This document shows positions 37,668 through 48,931 of a stretch of 64,000 nucleotides of DNA, one piece after another. The notes under the pieces were generated by a model. That model was not told where the DNA came from and searched no databases. It saw only the letters and a program-made list of their open reading frames with translations. Positions within the stretch are counted from its first letter, which is position 1. Each line of letters starts with the position of its first letter. Source of the stretch: Deferribacterales bacterium (GTDB taxonomy: Bacteria; Chrysiogenota; Deferribacteres; Deferribacterales; Geovibrionaceae); contig JBFWMA010000004.1 in the NCBI GenBank assembly GCA_050251875.1, forward strand, positions 96,001 to 160,000, read 5' to 3'. A program made the position numbers and the translations under genes.

Positions 37668-38641
37668 CAGAACCTCAGAGTGAAGGAGACTGCTCCCTCA
37701 CCTTTTTTTGTATTGATAATAGTCACGTTTTTTCCTGTTTCTATGCTCAGCTTCTTTTTGAAATCTTCTATAAAGGCAAAGTCACGGGCTGTGCCCTCAT
37801 ATGTGACGCTGTCGCTCTTTATATCTATGGACGTGGCGGTCACGGCGTCTGTCTGGGTTCTGCTGATCTGTTCTAATATCCGGGTCACGGCATATGCGGA
37901 AGCGGAGTCTTTCTTAGCCGCTTTCGCCATCAGCATTCCGTAGGGGTCGGGAGTATCCGCTGTGCCTGCCTTCACATACACATCGTTCAGCATGGCTTCG
38001 GCCGCTTTCAGCCTGTCTGTCTTGTCGTGCAGACGGAAATAATATCCGCTGAAAAACAACAGCCAGCAGAGCAGGGCGGCGGCAACGGGCAGTTTATATC
38101 TGTTGATATCCAGATTATTCTTCTTAACAGACGGAATGGAGAGTGACGCCGTTGTCACGGGAATATCTATTACGGTGGGTTCGGCGGGGGGAATGTGTGT
38201 CAGTACATCGTCTCTGACCTCCACGGACGCCGAGCCGAAGGAATGGATGAAATTGTCTGAAACGCTGTAAAGCATTGTCAGGGGAGTGGTGACAGAACCG
38301 GCTCTTTCCATCGCTTTTCTGATGTCCGCTCTGCCTGTCAGGCTCGGGTCAAAAAGCGCTATGAGGATGTGTTCGCCTTTTCTGTAGAAACCGAAATCTT
38401 TTATCATATCCTGCGGAAAACCTGTCAGCAGAAAGTTTTCTATGAATTTAGCGGGATTTTTTCCGGCTGACTGCGGAAACTGCATGTGAGTGTATGTGAC
38501 AACGCTGTCGTCTATAACCAGCCTGAACCCGGGCTTCAGAGTGTCCAGAGCGGAAGAGTCCGCCGGAGTTTTTGTTCTGCCGTTCAGCAGAAAGAAGCCT
38601 TTGCTGTTCAGGATCAGCTGTGTATCAGTAGAACTGTTCAT
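37667..38641 (-). CDS. gspL: Type II secretion protein L-like
   Basis: Cytoplasmic N-domain, single TM, PilN-like C-terminus; lies between gspK and gspM. Confidence 0.65.
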   Translation of the reverse strand: MNSSTDTQLILNSKGFFLLNGRTKTPADSSALDTLKPGFRLVIDDSVVTYTHMQFPQSAGKNPAKFIENFLLTGFPQDMIKDFGFYRKGEHILIALFDPSLTGRADIRKAMERAGSVTTPLTMLYSVSDNFIHSFGSASVEVRDDVLTHIPPAEPTVIDIPVTTASLSIPSVKKNNLDINRYKLPVAAALLCWLLFFSGYYFRLHDKTDRLKAAEAMLNDVYVKAGTADTPDPYGMLMAKAAKKDSASAYAVTRILEQISRTQTDAVTATSIDIKSDSVTYEGTARDFAFIEDFKKKLSIETGKNVTIINTKKGEGAVSFTLRF

Positions 38642-39539
38642 CCGGTCCCGCCATAAATCTTATTAGACGCATAGTGTTCACGTTCTTGCTTACCAGAGCG
38701 TGATAAAATCTCGGTCTGTTGTTTAAGGTTACTGTAGTCTTTATATAAAATAAAGCGCTTTTTACTGTGATGTACGGAAGCGCCTCCATATAGACCGATT
38801 CGGATATGCTCGCTGCGTTCTTCACCGAAGAGACGTCCTTGAACCCTTCGGACTTGGCGTAGTTTACTATGGAGTCGGCGCTGTCTTTCAGCTCCGGCAG
38901 AAGAGCCGATATGGTTTCGGCATCGGCGAAGTTGATGTTTATCGCCTTTTCGCCTGTGCCGGCGGTGAAATATTTTTTCATAATGGGATAGTCTTCCGCA
39001 GACATGATGAGTTTCAGCTCCGCCAGACTGTTCAGGGGGGCGTTTTTGGTGTGGATATCCGATCCGTTGAACGTATATGTCCGTCCCTCGCCGCCGCCTG
39101 TGGACGTGGTTTCGTCAGTATCTATGTAGTCGGCAATCTCGGCGCAGGAGACGCTCTTTATATTTTCATCGTCAAAAATCTTTTCGCATGCCGCCATGAA
39201 AACGTCATATGCCTTATCTTCCGTCAGCTTCAGCGTGTTCAGGTCTATTTTAGCGTTCACGGGTCTCACATACACGGACACTGTGCCGTATGGGACTTTT
39301 GCCGGGGGAATCTGCGCCCAGTCGTCAAAGGCATAGTCATAGGCGTTGTCGTCCTTCTTTATAACCTCTTCCACGCCCTTCACGGCGGAAACGGCGTATA
39401 TCTCCGACTGGCTGTCATAGAAGTCGTCAGATGTTTTTTCATAGCTTTTCATGCTGTTCTCATACATGACGATCACCGCCATAGCGCAGAAACTGATAAA
39501 GATCAGCACGCTGATGAGCACCGAGCCTCTGTTGTTCAT
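38625..39539 (-). CDS. gspK: Type II secretion minor pseudopilin K
   Basis: RG/SVLISVL prepilin-like site, AKIDLN, IADYIDTD, ININFAD. Confidence 0.85.
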   Translation of the reverse strand: MNNRGSVLISVLIFISFCAMAVIVMYENSMKSYEKTSDDFYDSQSEIYAVSAVKGVEEVIKKDDNAYDYAFDDWAQIPPAKVPYGTVSVYVRPVNAKIDLNTLKLTEDKAYDVFMAACEKIFDDENIKSVSCAEIADYIDTDETTSTGGGEGRTYTFNGSDIHTKNAPLNSLAELKLIMSAEDYPIMKKYFTAGTGEKAININFADAETISALLPELKDSADSIVNYAKSEGFKDVSSVKNAASISESVYMEALPYITVKSALFYIKTTVTLNNRPRFYHALVSKNVNTMRLIRFMAGPDEQFY

Positions 39540-40075
39540 TCCGACACCCCTTCGGATGTCATGGCGCATCCCGATGTCATTTTGAAGGTGTGTCCGGCGT
39601 GGCGGAAGGATATCTGTATTATGGTGTCGGATTTGTCATATTCCTCGGTGAACCTGTATCCGTTGTGGGAGAGAGCCAGCAGGTCTTCCGTGTCCGGCAG
39701 CAGCCTGAGCTCCCACTCATATTGTAGCTCGTCAGATGTCTCACTGCGTATGAGCCAGCCGTCATCCACATAGTATGTCACGTCCACGGGAACGGCTTTT
39801 TCCAGCTTTATACTGTTGGATGTTCTGAATGTTATTTTCGAGTTTTCACCCGATCCGTCTATCGTCAGGGTGTCTTTATAGAGCTGAGCCATGTCCGCCT
39901 TAACCAGTTTGCGGAAATTCATCAGCAGGGCGTTTTCGCTGTTCTTTTTCTGCGCCGCCTCACGGGTGTTCAGAACGGATGTGAGCATGCCGTAAAGCCC
40001 TGTGATTATGATGGCGGAGACAGCCAGCGCCGCCAGCATCTCTATCAGGGTAAAACCTTTATTGCTGACTTTCAT
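39536..40075 (-). CDS. gspJ: Type II secretion minor pseudopilin J
   Basis: KG/FTLIEMLAAL; gene order. Confidence 0.75.
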   Translation of the reverse strand: MKVSNKGFTLIEMLAALAVSAIIITGLYGMLTSVLNTREAAQKKNSENALLMNFRKLVKADMAQLYKDTLTIDGSGENSKITFRTSNSIKLEKAVPVDVTYYVDDGWLIRSETSDELQYEWELRLLPDTEDLLALSHNGYRFTEEYDKSDTIIQISFRHAGHTFKMTSGCAMTSEGVSE

Positions 40076-40397
40076 AGTAATAGTACACAGCCTTGATATC
40101 TTTGGATTCGCAGGTGAGTTTCATTTCATTGACTTCGGAATAGAGAGCCGCTCCGGTCTCTGTGGAAAATTTTATCTCTGTGCCGTCAGGCAGTCTTTTT
40201 TTATCTTTAAAGTTCTTTCCTGGATAGTTCATCAGCTCCATCACACGCTGATAGCAGGCTTCGGTGACAAAAGATTTCTGTTCGCTGTAGCTCGCCGTGT
40301 CGGCGGAGACATATGCCAGACGATACACGCCCAGCATGCCTATGGACAGGATAACCAGCGCTATGAGAACTTCCAGCAGGGTGAATCCTCTATTCAT
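40059..40397 (-). CDS. gspI: Type II secretion minor pseudopilin I
   Basis: RG/FTLLEVLIALVIL; 112 aa; gene order. Confidence 0.78.
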   Translation of the reverse strand: MNRGFTLLEVLIALVILSIGMLGVYRLAYVSADTASYSEQKSFVTEACYQRVMELMNYPGKNFKDKKRLPDGTEIKFSTETGAALYSEVNEMKLTCESKDIKAVYYYYESQQ

Positions 40398-40831
40398 CTT
40401 ATCACCACTGTCTTTGTGACGGGATCCGCTGAGATGATTCTGCCTGATGTGTCTGTCAGATCGAACTGGTCGAAAACATCGTCAGGATAGAAGCAGATGA
40501 CGTACTGCCCGCCTGCGGAGGGGGTGCCGTTTATATCCGCCGATACTATGGGGTCGGATGACGGCGTCAGCTTTTTCTTCTCTTCGGTATAGATAGCTGA
40601 CGAGCCTTTTTCGCCCCGCAGACAGACCTGTCTGTTCAGCTCATGGGCATTTTTCAGCTGTTCAGTTATCATCGAGCTGAAGGCGTCCTCTCTGCTCTGT
40701 CCGGCAATGCCGTTCTTCGCCAGTCTGGGCATCAGTGCCGATATGCCTATGCCGATGATTATGATAACCACCAGCAGCTCTATCAGCGTGAAGCCGCTAT
40801 TGCGCGATCTCAAAACTTCTGATGTCGGCAT
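40394..40831 (-). CDS. gspH: Type II secretion minor pseudopilin H
   Basis: [11 protein letters not shown]; follows gspG. Confidence 0.72.
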   Translation of the reverse strand: MPTSEVLRSRNSGFTLIELLVVIIIIGIGISALMPRLAKNGIAGQSREDAFSSMITEQLKNAHELNRQVCLRGEKGSSAIYTEEKKKLTPSSDPIVSADINGTPSAGGQYVICFYPDDVFDQFDLTDTSGRIISADPVTKTVVIR

Positions 40832-41231
40832 TGACTCCTTCGCCGCCCTCTTTTCTGTCCGCGCCGTAGCTGATTATTTCGTAGTCTCTGTCATCCTCTC
40901 CGGGGCTTCTGTAGAGATATGTTCCGCCCCAGGGGTCTTTGGGTACGCCGCCTTCCAGATATCCGCCTTTTTTGAAATTAACAGGCACAGGCTCTATTCC
41001 CGTCTGGGTGATGAGCGCTTCCAGACCCTGTTCGGTGGTGGGATAGATGCTGTTTTCGAGCTTATATATTTTCAGGGCGGATTCGATCGCCCTGATGTCC
41101 AGCTTGGTTTTGGTTATTCTGGCTTCGTCAGGTTTATCAAGCAGTTTAGGAACTATCAGACTGCCCAGAATACCCAGAATAACCAGAACCACTAATATCT
41201 CGATTATTGTGAACCCTTTGTTATTTTTCAT
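40797..41231 (-). CDS. gspG: Type II secretion major pseudopilin G
   Basis: [33 protein letters not shown]. Confidence 0.96.
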   Translation of the reverse strand: MKNNKGFTIIEILVVLVILGILGSLIVPKLLDKPDEARITKTKLDIRAIESALKIYKLENSIYPTTEQGLEALITQTGIEPVPVNFKKGGYLEGGVPKDPWGGTYLYRSPGEDDRDYEIISYGADRKEGGEGVNADIRSFEIAQ

Positions 41232-41295
41232 TTTTTCACCCGTTTACAAATAAATACCGTTTGACAGAATACTACAATAAAAAGGATAATTTGTC

Positions 41296-41703
41296 ATGGT
41301 TAAAAAGTCTGAAAAAACGTCAGCGATTTTTGGTTTTTTTGTGGCGGCGGGTCTTTTGTGGCTCGGGGTCAGGCTCTACATGGGCAGGGTGGTTTTTCCT
41401 GAGCCTTTCATGGTGCTGGTGCTTCTGGTGATCGCTCCTGTGTGCGAAGAGCTGTTTTTCAGGGGTTTTGTGCAGGATGTCATCAGACGCAGGCTCGTTT
41501 ACGGGCTTTTCGGCTTGACTCTGGCTAATGTTTTAACGTCTGTTCTGTTCGCCTGCGTCCATCTTTTTTCATGGGGGGCTTTTCACTCCCTGCTGGTATT
41601 TTTCCCTTCTCTGGCGTTCGGATATGTGTTTGACCGCACGGGAAAGATCAGTCTGTGCGTGCTTCTTCATGCTTTGTATAACCTGAACGCATTTATTGTT
41701 TAA
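41296..41703 (+). CDS. Short CPBP-family glutamic intramembrane protease (MrtJ/JDVT-CTERM-like)
   Basis: APVCEELFFRG, ANVLTSVLFACVH, VFFPSLAFG, LHALYN; 135 aa. Confidence 0.8.
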   Translation: MVKKSEKTSAIFGFFVAAGLLWLGVRLYMGRVVFPEPFMVLVLLVIAPVCEELFFRGFVQDVIRRRLVYGLFGLTLANVLTSVLFACVHLFSWGAFHSLLVFFPSLAFGYVFDRTGKISLCVLLHALYNLNAFIV

Positions 41704-41733
41704 AAATATTTCCGGAGATGGTAGTTTATTTCT

Positions 41734-42561
41734 ATGAAAACAGCTAAAATTCAGTTTGTTATATATCCTGTGCTGGTGGGTGTTTTTCTGGCATGGTTCG
41801 TTACAGGGGCGCTGCGCTACTTTGTGTCCGCTCCGCAGACCGACACCACCGGAATGAAGCATGAGCGTGTCCGTCAGGACGGCGGCATGCCTGATTTCGG
41901 GCTTATCCGTAGAAAAAACATCTTTAAGGCGGACGTATCCGCCGTGAAAGATACTCTGGACGCTGTGGGCTTCTCCGCCTCGTCCGCTCCGGATTCCGCT
42001 CCCGCTCAGCAGTCCCTCAGGCTCTCCGGCATACTGAAAGGCACCTATATGTCCTATGTCATTCTGAAGGCTGACGGTAAAAATCTGGTGCTGAAACAGG
42101 GAGTGGAGAAAGAGGGCTACAGACTGAAAACAGCCTATGACGACCATGCAGAGATAGAGACGGAAAACGGGCTGACCACAGTATATCTGGAGAGCTCTAA
42201 AGTAACCGTTGACTCATCCGGCGGTAAAATGCCCGTAAACACCGACAAGGTAACCATGCCCAGAAAAGAACTGGTGGGCAAGCTGTCCAACATCAACTCC
42301 GTGATGAAAGCCGTTATGATAACTCCTTTCGAAAGAAAGGGAAAGTTCGTGGGATACAGACTGACTAAGATGAAGCCTGACTCCGCTCTGGCGAGGCTGG
42401 GGCTGGTGTCCGGCGATGTCATCATCCGGCTGAACGGAAAAGAGCTGAAAGATCCGGCGATCTTCTTCGACGCTCTGTCCAATACCGAAAATTTAAGTTC
42501 AATTACAATAGATCTGGAAAGAAACTCAGCCAAAAAGACCATCTATGTGGAGATAATATGA
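41734..42561 (+). CDS. gspC: Type II secretion protein C with PDZ domain
   Basis: N-terminal TM, LRLSGI HR domain, LGLVSGDVIIRLNG PDZ. Confidence 0.85.
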   Translation: MKTAKIQFVIYPVLVGVFLAWFVTGALRYFVSAPQTDTTGMKHERVRQDGGMPDFGLIRRKNIFKADVSAVKDTLDAVGFSASSAPDSAPAQQSLRLSGILKGTYMSYVILKADGKNLVLKQGVEKEGYRLKTAYDDHAEIETENGLTTVYLESSKVTVDSSGGKMPVNTDKVTMPRKELVGKLSNINSVMKAVMITPFERKGKFVGYRLTKMKPDSALARLGLVSGDVIIRLNGKELKDPAIFFDALSNTENLSSITIDLERNSAKKTIYVEII

Positions 42562-44408
42562 CCGTCAGAAAACTTACTCTAACATTCCTTTTATCGCTGT
42601 TCTGCCTGACATCATTCGGGACGGGATTCAATGTGAATTTCAGCGATATGGAGCTGAACGATTTCGTCAGCTTTGTTTCAGAATTCACCAAGAAGAATAT
42701 AGTCTATGACAGGTCTATGCTGAAAGGAAAGGTGAGCATCGACTCACAGTCCCAGATACGCTCCGCTGACGTTCTGGATATCTTCGCCTCCACACTGCGA
42801 GCCAACGGGTTCGAGCTGGTGGACAGGGGCAAATATTATGAGATAGTGCGCCAGAGTGACTATATGGATATAGACGATTCATCCGGCACAGAGGGCGAGA
42901 ACGCCCTTATCACCACTGTGATATATCCGAAAAATTTCGACTCCCGGATTCTGGCTAACGTGCTGAACAAGCTGAAATCAAAAGGCGGATATGTGGAAGT
43001 GATGAAAGGCATGAACGCCGTCATCATCAGAGACCGCCTGAACAGAATAGTAAAAATACGCAATTTTATAGACAAGCTGGATACCAGAGCGGATTCGCTG
43101 ACTCTGCGTACGGTGAAGGTGGAGAATGCCTCAGCCGTGAATGTGGCGGACAGGCTGGTGAAACTCTTCGCCGAGATGGAGAAGAAGAACTACATCGCCA
43201 CCGACCCGGTGGTGGTGGCGGACGAATATTCCAACATGCTTCTGGTGGCGGCTGACGAGCACGATTACGAAAAGCTGATGTATATCATCAAACAGCTCGA
43301 CACAAAAAGCCCCGGAAGCTACAACGCCCCGAAGGTATTTTATCTGAAAAATGCCAGCGCAGAGGACGTGGGCAAGGTGCTCGCCAGTCTGACAGGCAAC
43401 ATCAGCAACCCCACGGACAAAAAAGCGGACAACACAAAGGCTTCCGTGACATATGATAAATCCACCAACTCCATAATCGTTTTCGGCGATCAGGATCTCT
43501 ATGCCAAGGTGGAATCTCTGGTACAGAAGCTGGATATACAGAGAAAACAGGTCTATGTGGAGGCTCTGATTCTGGAGACCACACTGGACAGCGGAAATAA
43601 ATTCGGCGTGGAATGGCTGGCAGGAGCAGGCAGCGGCAGCGCCGCCGGAACCATCGGCTATGTGAACGATTCCGGATCGCTGGTTGACTTTCAGTCGTCC
43701 ACTCTGGACGGCGAATCCCCTAATTTCAGCGCTCTCTCGGGCGGGTTCAACCTGGGCGTGCTCGGAAACATCATATCATACGAAGGGGTTAACTTTCCCA
43801 CTCTGGGGCTTCTGGCTAACTTCGTGAAGACCGCCAGCGGCATAAACATCCTCTCCAATCCCCAGATACTCACTCTGGACAACGAAGAGGCGGAGGTTTT
43901 CGTGGGGGAGAACAGACCGTTCCTCACCAGCACCAAATATGACTCAAATAATCAGCCCGTATATTCATACGACTATAAAGACGTTGGCGTTAAGCTCAAA
44001 ATCATTCCCCAGATATCCGCTGACGACACCATCACCCTCAAGATAGAGCAGGAAGTGAAGAAAGTGTCCGAGAGCACTACAGTAGCCACAGCTCCCATAA
44101 CCCTGACACGCTCCACCAAGACGAAAGTGAAGCTGAAAGACGGCTCCATGATGGTAATAAGCGGTCTGCTGAAAGACGACTCCACAAAGAGCAACTCCGC
44201 CGTGCCCGGTCTCGCCAACATCCCCATACTCGGCTGGCTGTTCAAGACCAAATCCGGCAGCTATGAAAAGACGAATATGATGGTCTTCATCTCCACATAT
44301 ATCATCAACACTCAGCAGGAAGCGGACAAGCTGACAGAGAAGAAACACTCGGAATCTGTCGAGTTCAACAAAGAGATAGACGAAAAAATCCGCAAAGAGT
44401 TTAAATAA
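42558..44408 (+). CDS. gspD: Type II secretion secretin
   Basis: N-domain repeats, QVYVEALILE, ILSNPQILTLDNEEA, VPGLANIPILGWLF. Confidence 0.95.
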   Translation: MTVRKLTLTFLLSLFCLTSFGTGFNVNFSDMELNDFVSFVSEFTKKNIVYDRSMLKGKVSIDSQSQIRSADVLDIFASTLRANGFELVDRGKYYEIVRQSDYMDIDDSSGTEGENALITTVIYPKNFDSRILANVLNKLKSKGGYVEVMKGMNAVIIRDRLNRIVKIRNFIDKLDTRADSLTLRTVKVENASAVNVADRLVKLFAEMEKKNYIATDPVVVADEYSNMLLVAADEHDYEKLMYIIKQLDTKSPGSYNAPKVFYLKNASAEDVGKVLASLTGNISNPTDKKADNTKASVTYDKSTNSIIVFGDQDLYAKVESLVQKLDIQRKQVYVEALILETTLDSGNKFGVEWLAGAGSGSAAGTIGYVNDSGSLVDFQSSTLDGESPNFSALSGGFNLGVLGNIISYEGVNFPTLGLLANFVKTASGINILSNPQILTLDNEEAEVFVGENRPFLTSTKYDSNNQPVYSYDYKDVGVKLKIIPQISADDTITLKIEQEVKKVSESTTVATAPITLTRSTKTKVKLKDGSMMVISGLLKDDSTKSNSAVPGLANIPILGWLFKTKSGSYEKTNMMVFISTYIINTQQEADKLTEKKHSESVEFNKEIDEKIRKEFK

Positions 44409-45850
44409 TGCAGTACAGCGAAATACTTGAGCTGTATTTAAAATATCCCGACCGCACAGGATTCGTCCCGGAAGAGGGAGACGGTTCCGCTGTGATACTC
44501 TATCACGGCGCTCAGGGGCTGGAAAAAGCGAGACATCTGGCTATGGTTTCCGGATGTTCTGATGTGCGGGAGGCGGACAGACAGCGGATTTATTCCGTTA
44601 TCGAGTCCATCGAATCCGCCAGATCGGACGAGTTTCAGGCTCATGTTCAGGAGCTGGACGAGGGGGACGACATACTGTCTGCCTCATATGATGACGCTCC
44701 CATAATCCGTTTGGTGAACACCACCGCCATAAAAGCCGTGAAATCAGGCGCCAGTGATATACATTTCGAAGGAATGACAGGCAGGTTCGCCGTGCGCTTC
44801 CGCATAGACGGCAAGCTCGCCACCGTCAGGGAATTTCCGAAAAACATTCAGGATTCCGTTATCGCCAGAATAAAAGTCATGTCCGATCTGGACGTGGCGG
44901 AGACCAGAAAGCCGCAGGACGGACGCATCAACCTGAAGATAGGCAGCCGTGACGTGGACATCAGGGTTTCCACCATCCCGTCAGTCACAGGCGAGAAGGC
45001 GGTATTAAGGATTCTGGAAAAATCAGCCGGAACCGTATCGCTGGAAAAGACAGGCATGCCCGAAAATATGCTCCCGGCGTTCAGAAAGATGATAAAGCGC
45101 CCCAACGGTATCATACTGGTGACAGGTCCTACAGGATCGGGTAAAACCACCACACTCTACTCCGCCCTGGGCGAGATAGTGAGTGACGACATAAACATCA
45201 TGACCATCGAAGACCCGGTGGAATATCATAACGAAAAGATAACTCAGGTTCAGGTGAACAGAGCGGTGGATATAACATTCGCCTCCGCTGTGCGCTCGTT
45301 TCTGCGTCAGGATCCGGATGTGATTCTGATAGGCGAGATCAGGGACAAGGAGACGGCTCAGGCGGCTGTCCAGGCATCGCTGACGGGTCACCTCGTGCTG
45401 TCCACTCTGCACACCAACTCAGCGCCCACGGCAGTGGCGAGGCTGATAGATATGGATGTTGAACCGTTTCTGCTCTCATCGTCTCTGGTTTCCGTCATAG
45501 GGCAGAGGCTGGTGAGAAAGCTGTGCCCGCACTGCAAAAAAGCGGTGGAGACGGACGCCTATGTCCGTGAGTTCTTCGCCGAGGCGGGGGATATGCCGGG
45601 CGTGATATTTGAGCCTGTGGGGTGCGGCGAGTGCATGCACACAGGATATGCCGGCAGGACGGGGATTTTCGAGATGCTGAACGTGGACGACAGCATCAGA
45701 CGGCTGATAAACGCCAAATCGGACGCCTCCGGAATCGCTCATGAGGCCATGAAGGCAGGATACAGACCGTTCATCTATCACGGGTTTCATCTGGTGAGCT
45801 CCGGCGTGACATCGGCGGGCGAAGTGATAGCCGTTACAGGATCAAAATAA
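44408..45850 (+). CDS. gspE: Type II secretion ATPase
   Basis: ASDIH, PQDGRI, GPTGSGKTTT, EDPVE, LRQDPD, tetra-Cys motif. Confidence 0.95.
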   Translation: MQYSEILELYLKYPDRTGFVPEEGDGSAVILYHGAQGLEKARHLAMVSGCSDVREADRQRIYSVIESIESARSDEFQAHVQELDEGDDILSASYDDAPIIRLVNTTAIKAVKSGASDIHFEGMTGRFAVRFRIDGKLATVREFPKNIQDSVIARIKVMSDLDVAETRKPQDGRINLKIGSRDVDIRVSTIPSVTGEKAVLRILEKSAGTVSLEKTGMPENMLPAFRKMIKRPNGIILVTGPTGSGKTTTLYSALGEIVSDDINIMTIEDPVEYHNEKITQVQVNRAVDITFASAVRSFLRQDPDVILIGEIRDKETAQAAVQASLTGHLVLSTLHTNSAPTAVARLIDMDVEPFLLSSSLVSVIGQRLVRKLCPHCKKAVETDAYVREFFAEAGDMPGVIFEPVGCGECMHTGYAGRTGIFEMLNVDDSIRRLINAKSDASGIAHEAMKAGYRPFIYHGFHLVSSGVTSAGEVIAVTGSK

Positions 45851-47040
45851 TGCCTTTTTTTATATATGACGGGGTGGACTCACAGGGAAAACCCGCCAAA
45901 GGACAGATAGAGGCACAGAGCCGAAACGCCGCCCTGTCAAAGCTGATGGCGGAGGGAGTTCTGGTTTCGTCCATCAGCGATGTTCTGAATAAAAAAAGGG
46001 CTCTGTTTTTCAGTTTTTCATCTAAAAAGAATACGGCTGATATCTTTTTTCAGCTCTCCATAATGCTTACAGGCGGAATACCGCTCACCAAAGCGCTCAC
46101 CGTGACATCCGAGACACTTAGGGACAAGAGGATGAAGAGGGCTCTGCTGGATATCTGCGCCAAGGTGTCATCGGGTATGCGTTTTTCTGATGCCATGAAG
46201 GAGCAGGACGGCGTGTTCAGCGAGCTGTATATACATCTTATCAGAACATCCGAGAAGGTGGGCAGACTGCCTCAGGTGCTTCTGGATATATCCCGTTTCG
46301 AAGAGGAGCGCAGAAAGGCGGGCGAAAAGATTGTGGGCGCCATGATATACCCATCTGTCGTTCTGACGCTGGGTTTTGCCGTGGTTACCTTCATGCTGGC
46401 GTATGTCGTTCCCAGATTGCAGGATATTTTCAAAAGTGCCGGAGCGGAGATTCCAGCCGCCACAAAACTTCTGCTTCTGGTGTCGTCATTTCTTCAGGTG
46501 TTCGGTCTGCCTCTGTTTCTGATACTGCTGGTGTGTCTGGGAGTTTTTCTGAGAGCCTACAGAAAGAAAGGCTCTTTCCGTCTGAATCTGGACAAAAAGC
46601 TCTACAGAATCACTATAATCAAAGACGTCACCGCCGCCAGACTGTCGCATGTGCTGGGATTCCAGCTGAAAGAGGGGCTTCCTCTGGTGGAGGCGCTCAG
46701 GAACTGTGCCGGGAGCATAGGCAACGCCTATGTGAGCGAGGGCATCAGAGATATAGCGGACAGCGTGGCTTCCGGTAAAAAATTCTCCGACAGTGTGAAC
46801 GAGAGCGGGCTCTTCAGCGAGCTGTTCTCCGCCGCCGCCGCCACAGGCGAGAAGAGCGGCAGCCTCTATGAGCTGATGGAGCACGTCAACATTTACTATT
46901 CCAGAAAGACAGAGCAGTTCACCGCCCGGTTCGTTTCCGTTGTGGAGCCTGTTTTTATAATGTTTATAGGTATTGTAGTGGGTTTTATCGTCATTTCCAT
47001 CATGGAGCCTCTGTTCTCTATCAACTCTCTTGTGAAATAG
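45850..47040 (+). CDS. gspF: Type II secretion platform protein F
   Basis: Two T2SSF repeats, AMIYP, GEKSGSL, VEP. Confidence 0.93.
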   Translation: MPFFIYDGVDSQGKPAKGQIEAQSRNAALSKLMAEGVLVSSISDVLNKKRALFFSFSSKKNTADIFFQLSIMLTGGIPLTKALTVTSETLRDKRMKRALLDICAKVSSGMRFSDAMKEQDGVFSELYIHLIRTSEKVGRLPQVLLDISRFEEERRKAGEKIVGAMIYPSVVLTLGFAVVTFMLAYVVPRLQDIFKSAGAEIPAATKLLLLVSSFLQVFGLPLFLILLVCLGVFLRAYRKKGSFRLNLDKKLYRITIIKDVTAARLSHVLGFQLKEGLPLVEALRNCAGSIGNAYVSEGIRDIADSVASGKKFSDSVNESGLFSELFSAAAATGEKSGSLYELMEHVNIYYSRKTEQFTARFVSVVEPVFIMFIGIVVGFIVISIMEPLFSINSLVK

Positions 47041-47127
47041 TTATTTTTTTGCTTGTTTTTTACATGGCGGATAGAGTATTTTTAAGCCTGCTTAAAAAGA
47101 AAGTCATAATATAATTGAGAGGGTGCA

Positions 47128-48930
47128 TTGGGTATCGAGAATATCAGAAATTTCAGTATCATAGCTCACATCGACCACGGCAAATCCACAATAGCCGACA
47201 GACTCATTGAGTTTACATGCGCTGTGGACAAGCGTCAGATGAGAGATCAGATTCTGGACAGCATGGACATAGAGAGAGAAAGAGGGATAACCGTAAAGGC
47301 GCAGACCATCAGGCTGAAATATAAGGCGGATGACGGCGTGGAATATATCCTGAACCTGATAGATACCCCCGGACACGTTGACTTCTCATATGAGGTGTCC
47401 AGAAGCCTTGCCGCCTGTGACGGCGCTCTTCTGGTGGTGGACGCGGCACAGGGCGTGGAGGCGCAGACCATAGCCAACGCATATATGGCTGTGGAGCAGA
47501 ACCTCGACCTCGTTCCGGTGCTTAACAAGATAGACCTGCCCAGCGCCGACCCCGAAAAGGTGCAGGCTGAGATAGAAGACATTATCGGCATAGACGCTTC
47601 CGAGGCTGTGAAAGCCAGCGCCAAAGCCGGTATCGGCATAAAAGAGATTCTGGAAGCCATCGTAAAGCGCATGCCCGCGCCCATAGGTTCCGCCGACAAG
47701 CCTCTGAAGGCGATGATAGTGGATTCATGGTATGATTCATATCTTGGCGTTGTGGTTCTTCTGCGTATGATAGACGGCGAGCTGAGAGCCGGAGACAAAG
47801 TGCAGTTCATGGCGAGCAAGGCGGAACGTGTTGTGGACGCCGTGGGCTATTTTCTTCCGAAACCCGTTAAACATGAAGTTCTGCGTCCCGGAGAGGTTGG
47901 TTTCATGACCGCCTCTATCAAGGACATCAGAGAAATAGATATAGGCGACACAGTCACCAATCCGAAAAAACCTACAGACAGCCCGTTTCCGGGGTTTAAG
48001 AAGGTTAAGCCGGTGGTCTTCTGCGGTATGTATCCCGTGGATTCAGCCGATTATGAAGATCTGAGAGACGCTCTGGAAAAACTGTCCCTGAACGACAGCT
48101 CCATCTCCTTCGAGGCGGAGACGTCTGCCGCTCTGGGCTTCGGATACCGCATCGGTTTCCTCGGTCTGCTCCACATGGAGATCATTCAGGAGAGGCTGGA
48201 GCGTGAGTTCAACCTCGATCTGGTGAGCACCGCTCCCACCGTTATCTACCGCATCAAAAAGCGCAACGGCGAGTTACTGGAAATAGACAACCCGGCGGGC
48301 ATGCCCGACCCCACAGAGATAGAATATATCGAAGAGCCCGTCATCGCCGCCACGGTGATCCTGCCCGAGGAATATGTGGGCGGGGTTATCCAGCTTCTGA
48401 TTCAGAGGCGGGGCATACAGAAAAATATAAAATATATCAGCGAGACAAGAGTCATTCTGGAATACACACTGCCTCTGGCGGAGGTGGTGATGGATTTCTA
48501 TGACAAGCTGAAGTCAAACTCCAGAGGCTATGCCTCCTTCGATTATGAAATGGACGGATATCAGAGAGCCGATCTGGTGAAGCTCGATATTCTTCTGAAC
48601 AAAGACAAGGTGGACGCCCTCTCTATAATAGTGCATAAGGATCAGGCGTTTTATAAAGGACGTGATCTGGCGGACAAGCTGAAAGACGTTATCCACAGAC
48701 AGATGTTCGACATCGCCATTCAGGCGGCGGTGGGCAACAAGATCCTCGCCAGAACCACAGTGAAGGCATTCAGAAAGAATGTTACCGCCAAATGTTACGG
48801 GGGCGATATAACCCGTAAGAAAAAACTGCTGGAAAAGCAGAAACAGGGTAAAAAGCGCATGAAGAACGTGGGCAACGTGGAGATTCCGCAGGAAGCGTTC
48901 CTCGCCGTGCTGAAATTAGGTGACAGTTAA
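47128..48930 (+). CDS. lepA: Elongation factor 4
   Basis: [36 protein letters not shown] start. Confidence 0.98.
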   Translation: MGIENIRNFSIIAHIDHGKSTIADRLIEFTCAVDKRQMRDQILDSMDIERERGITVKAQTIRLKYKADDGVEYILNLIDTPGHVDFSYEVSRSLAACDGALLVVDAAQGVEAQTIANAYMAVEQNLDLVPVLNKIDLPSADPEKVQAEIEDIIGIDASEAVKASAKAGIGIKEILEAIVKRMPAPIGSADKPLKAMIVDSWYDSYLGVVVLLRMIDGELRAGDKVQFMASKAERVVDAVGYFLPKPVKHEVLRPGEVGFMTASIKDIREIDIGDTVTNPKKPTDSPFPGFKKVKPVVFCGMYPVDSADYEDLRDALEKLSLNDSSISFEAETSAALGFGYRIGFLGLLHMEIIQERLEREFNLDLVSTAPTVIYRIKKRNGELLEIDNPAGMPDPTEIEYIEEPVIAATVILPEEYVGGVIQLLIQRRGIQKNIKYISETRVILEYTLPLAEVVMDFYDKLKSNSRGYASFDYEMDGYQRADLVKLDILLNKDKVDALSIIVHKDQAFYKGRDLADKLKDVIHRQMFDIAIQAAVGNKILARTTVKAFRKNVTAKCYGGDITRKKKLLEKQKQGKKRMKNVGNVEIPQEAFLAVLKLGDS

Positions 48931-48931
48931 A

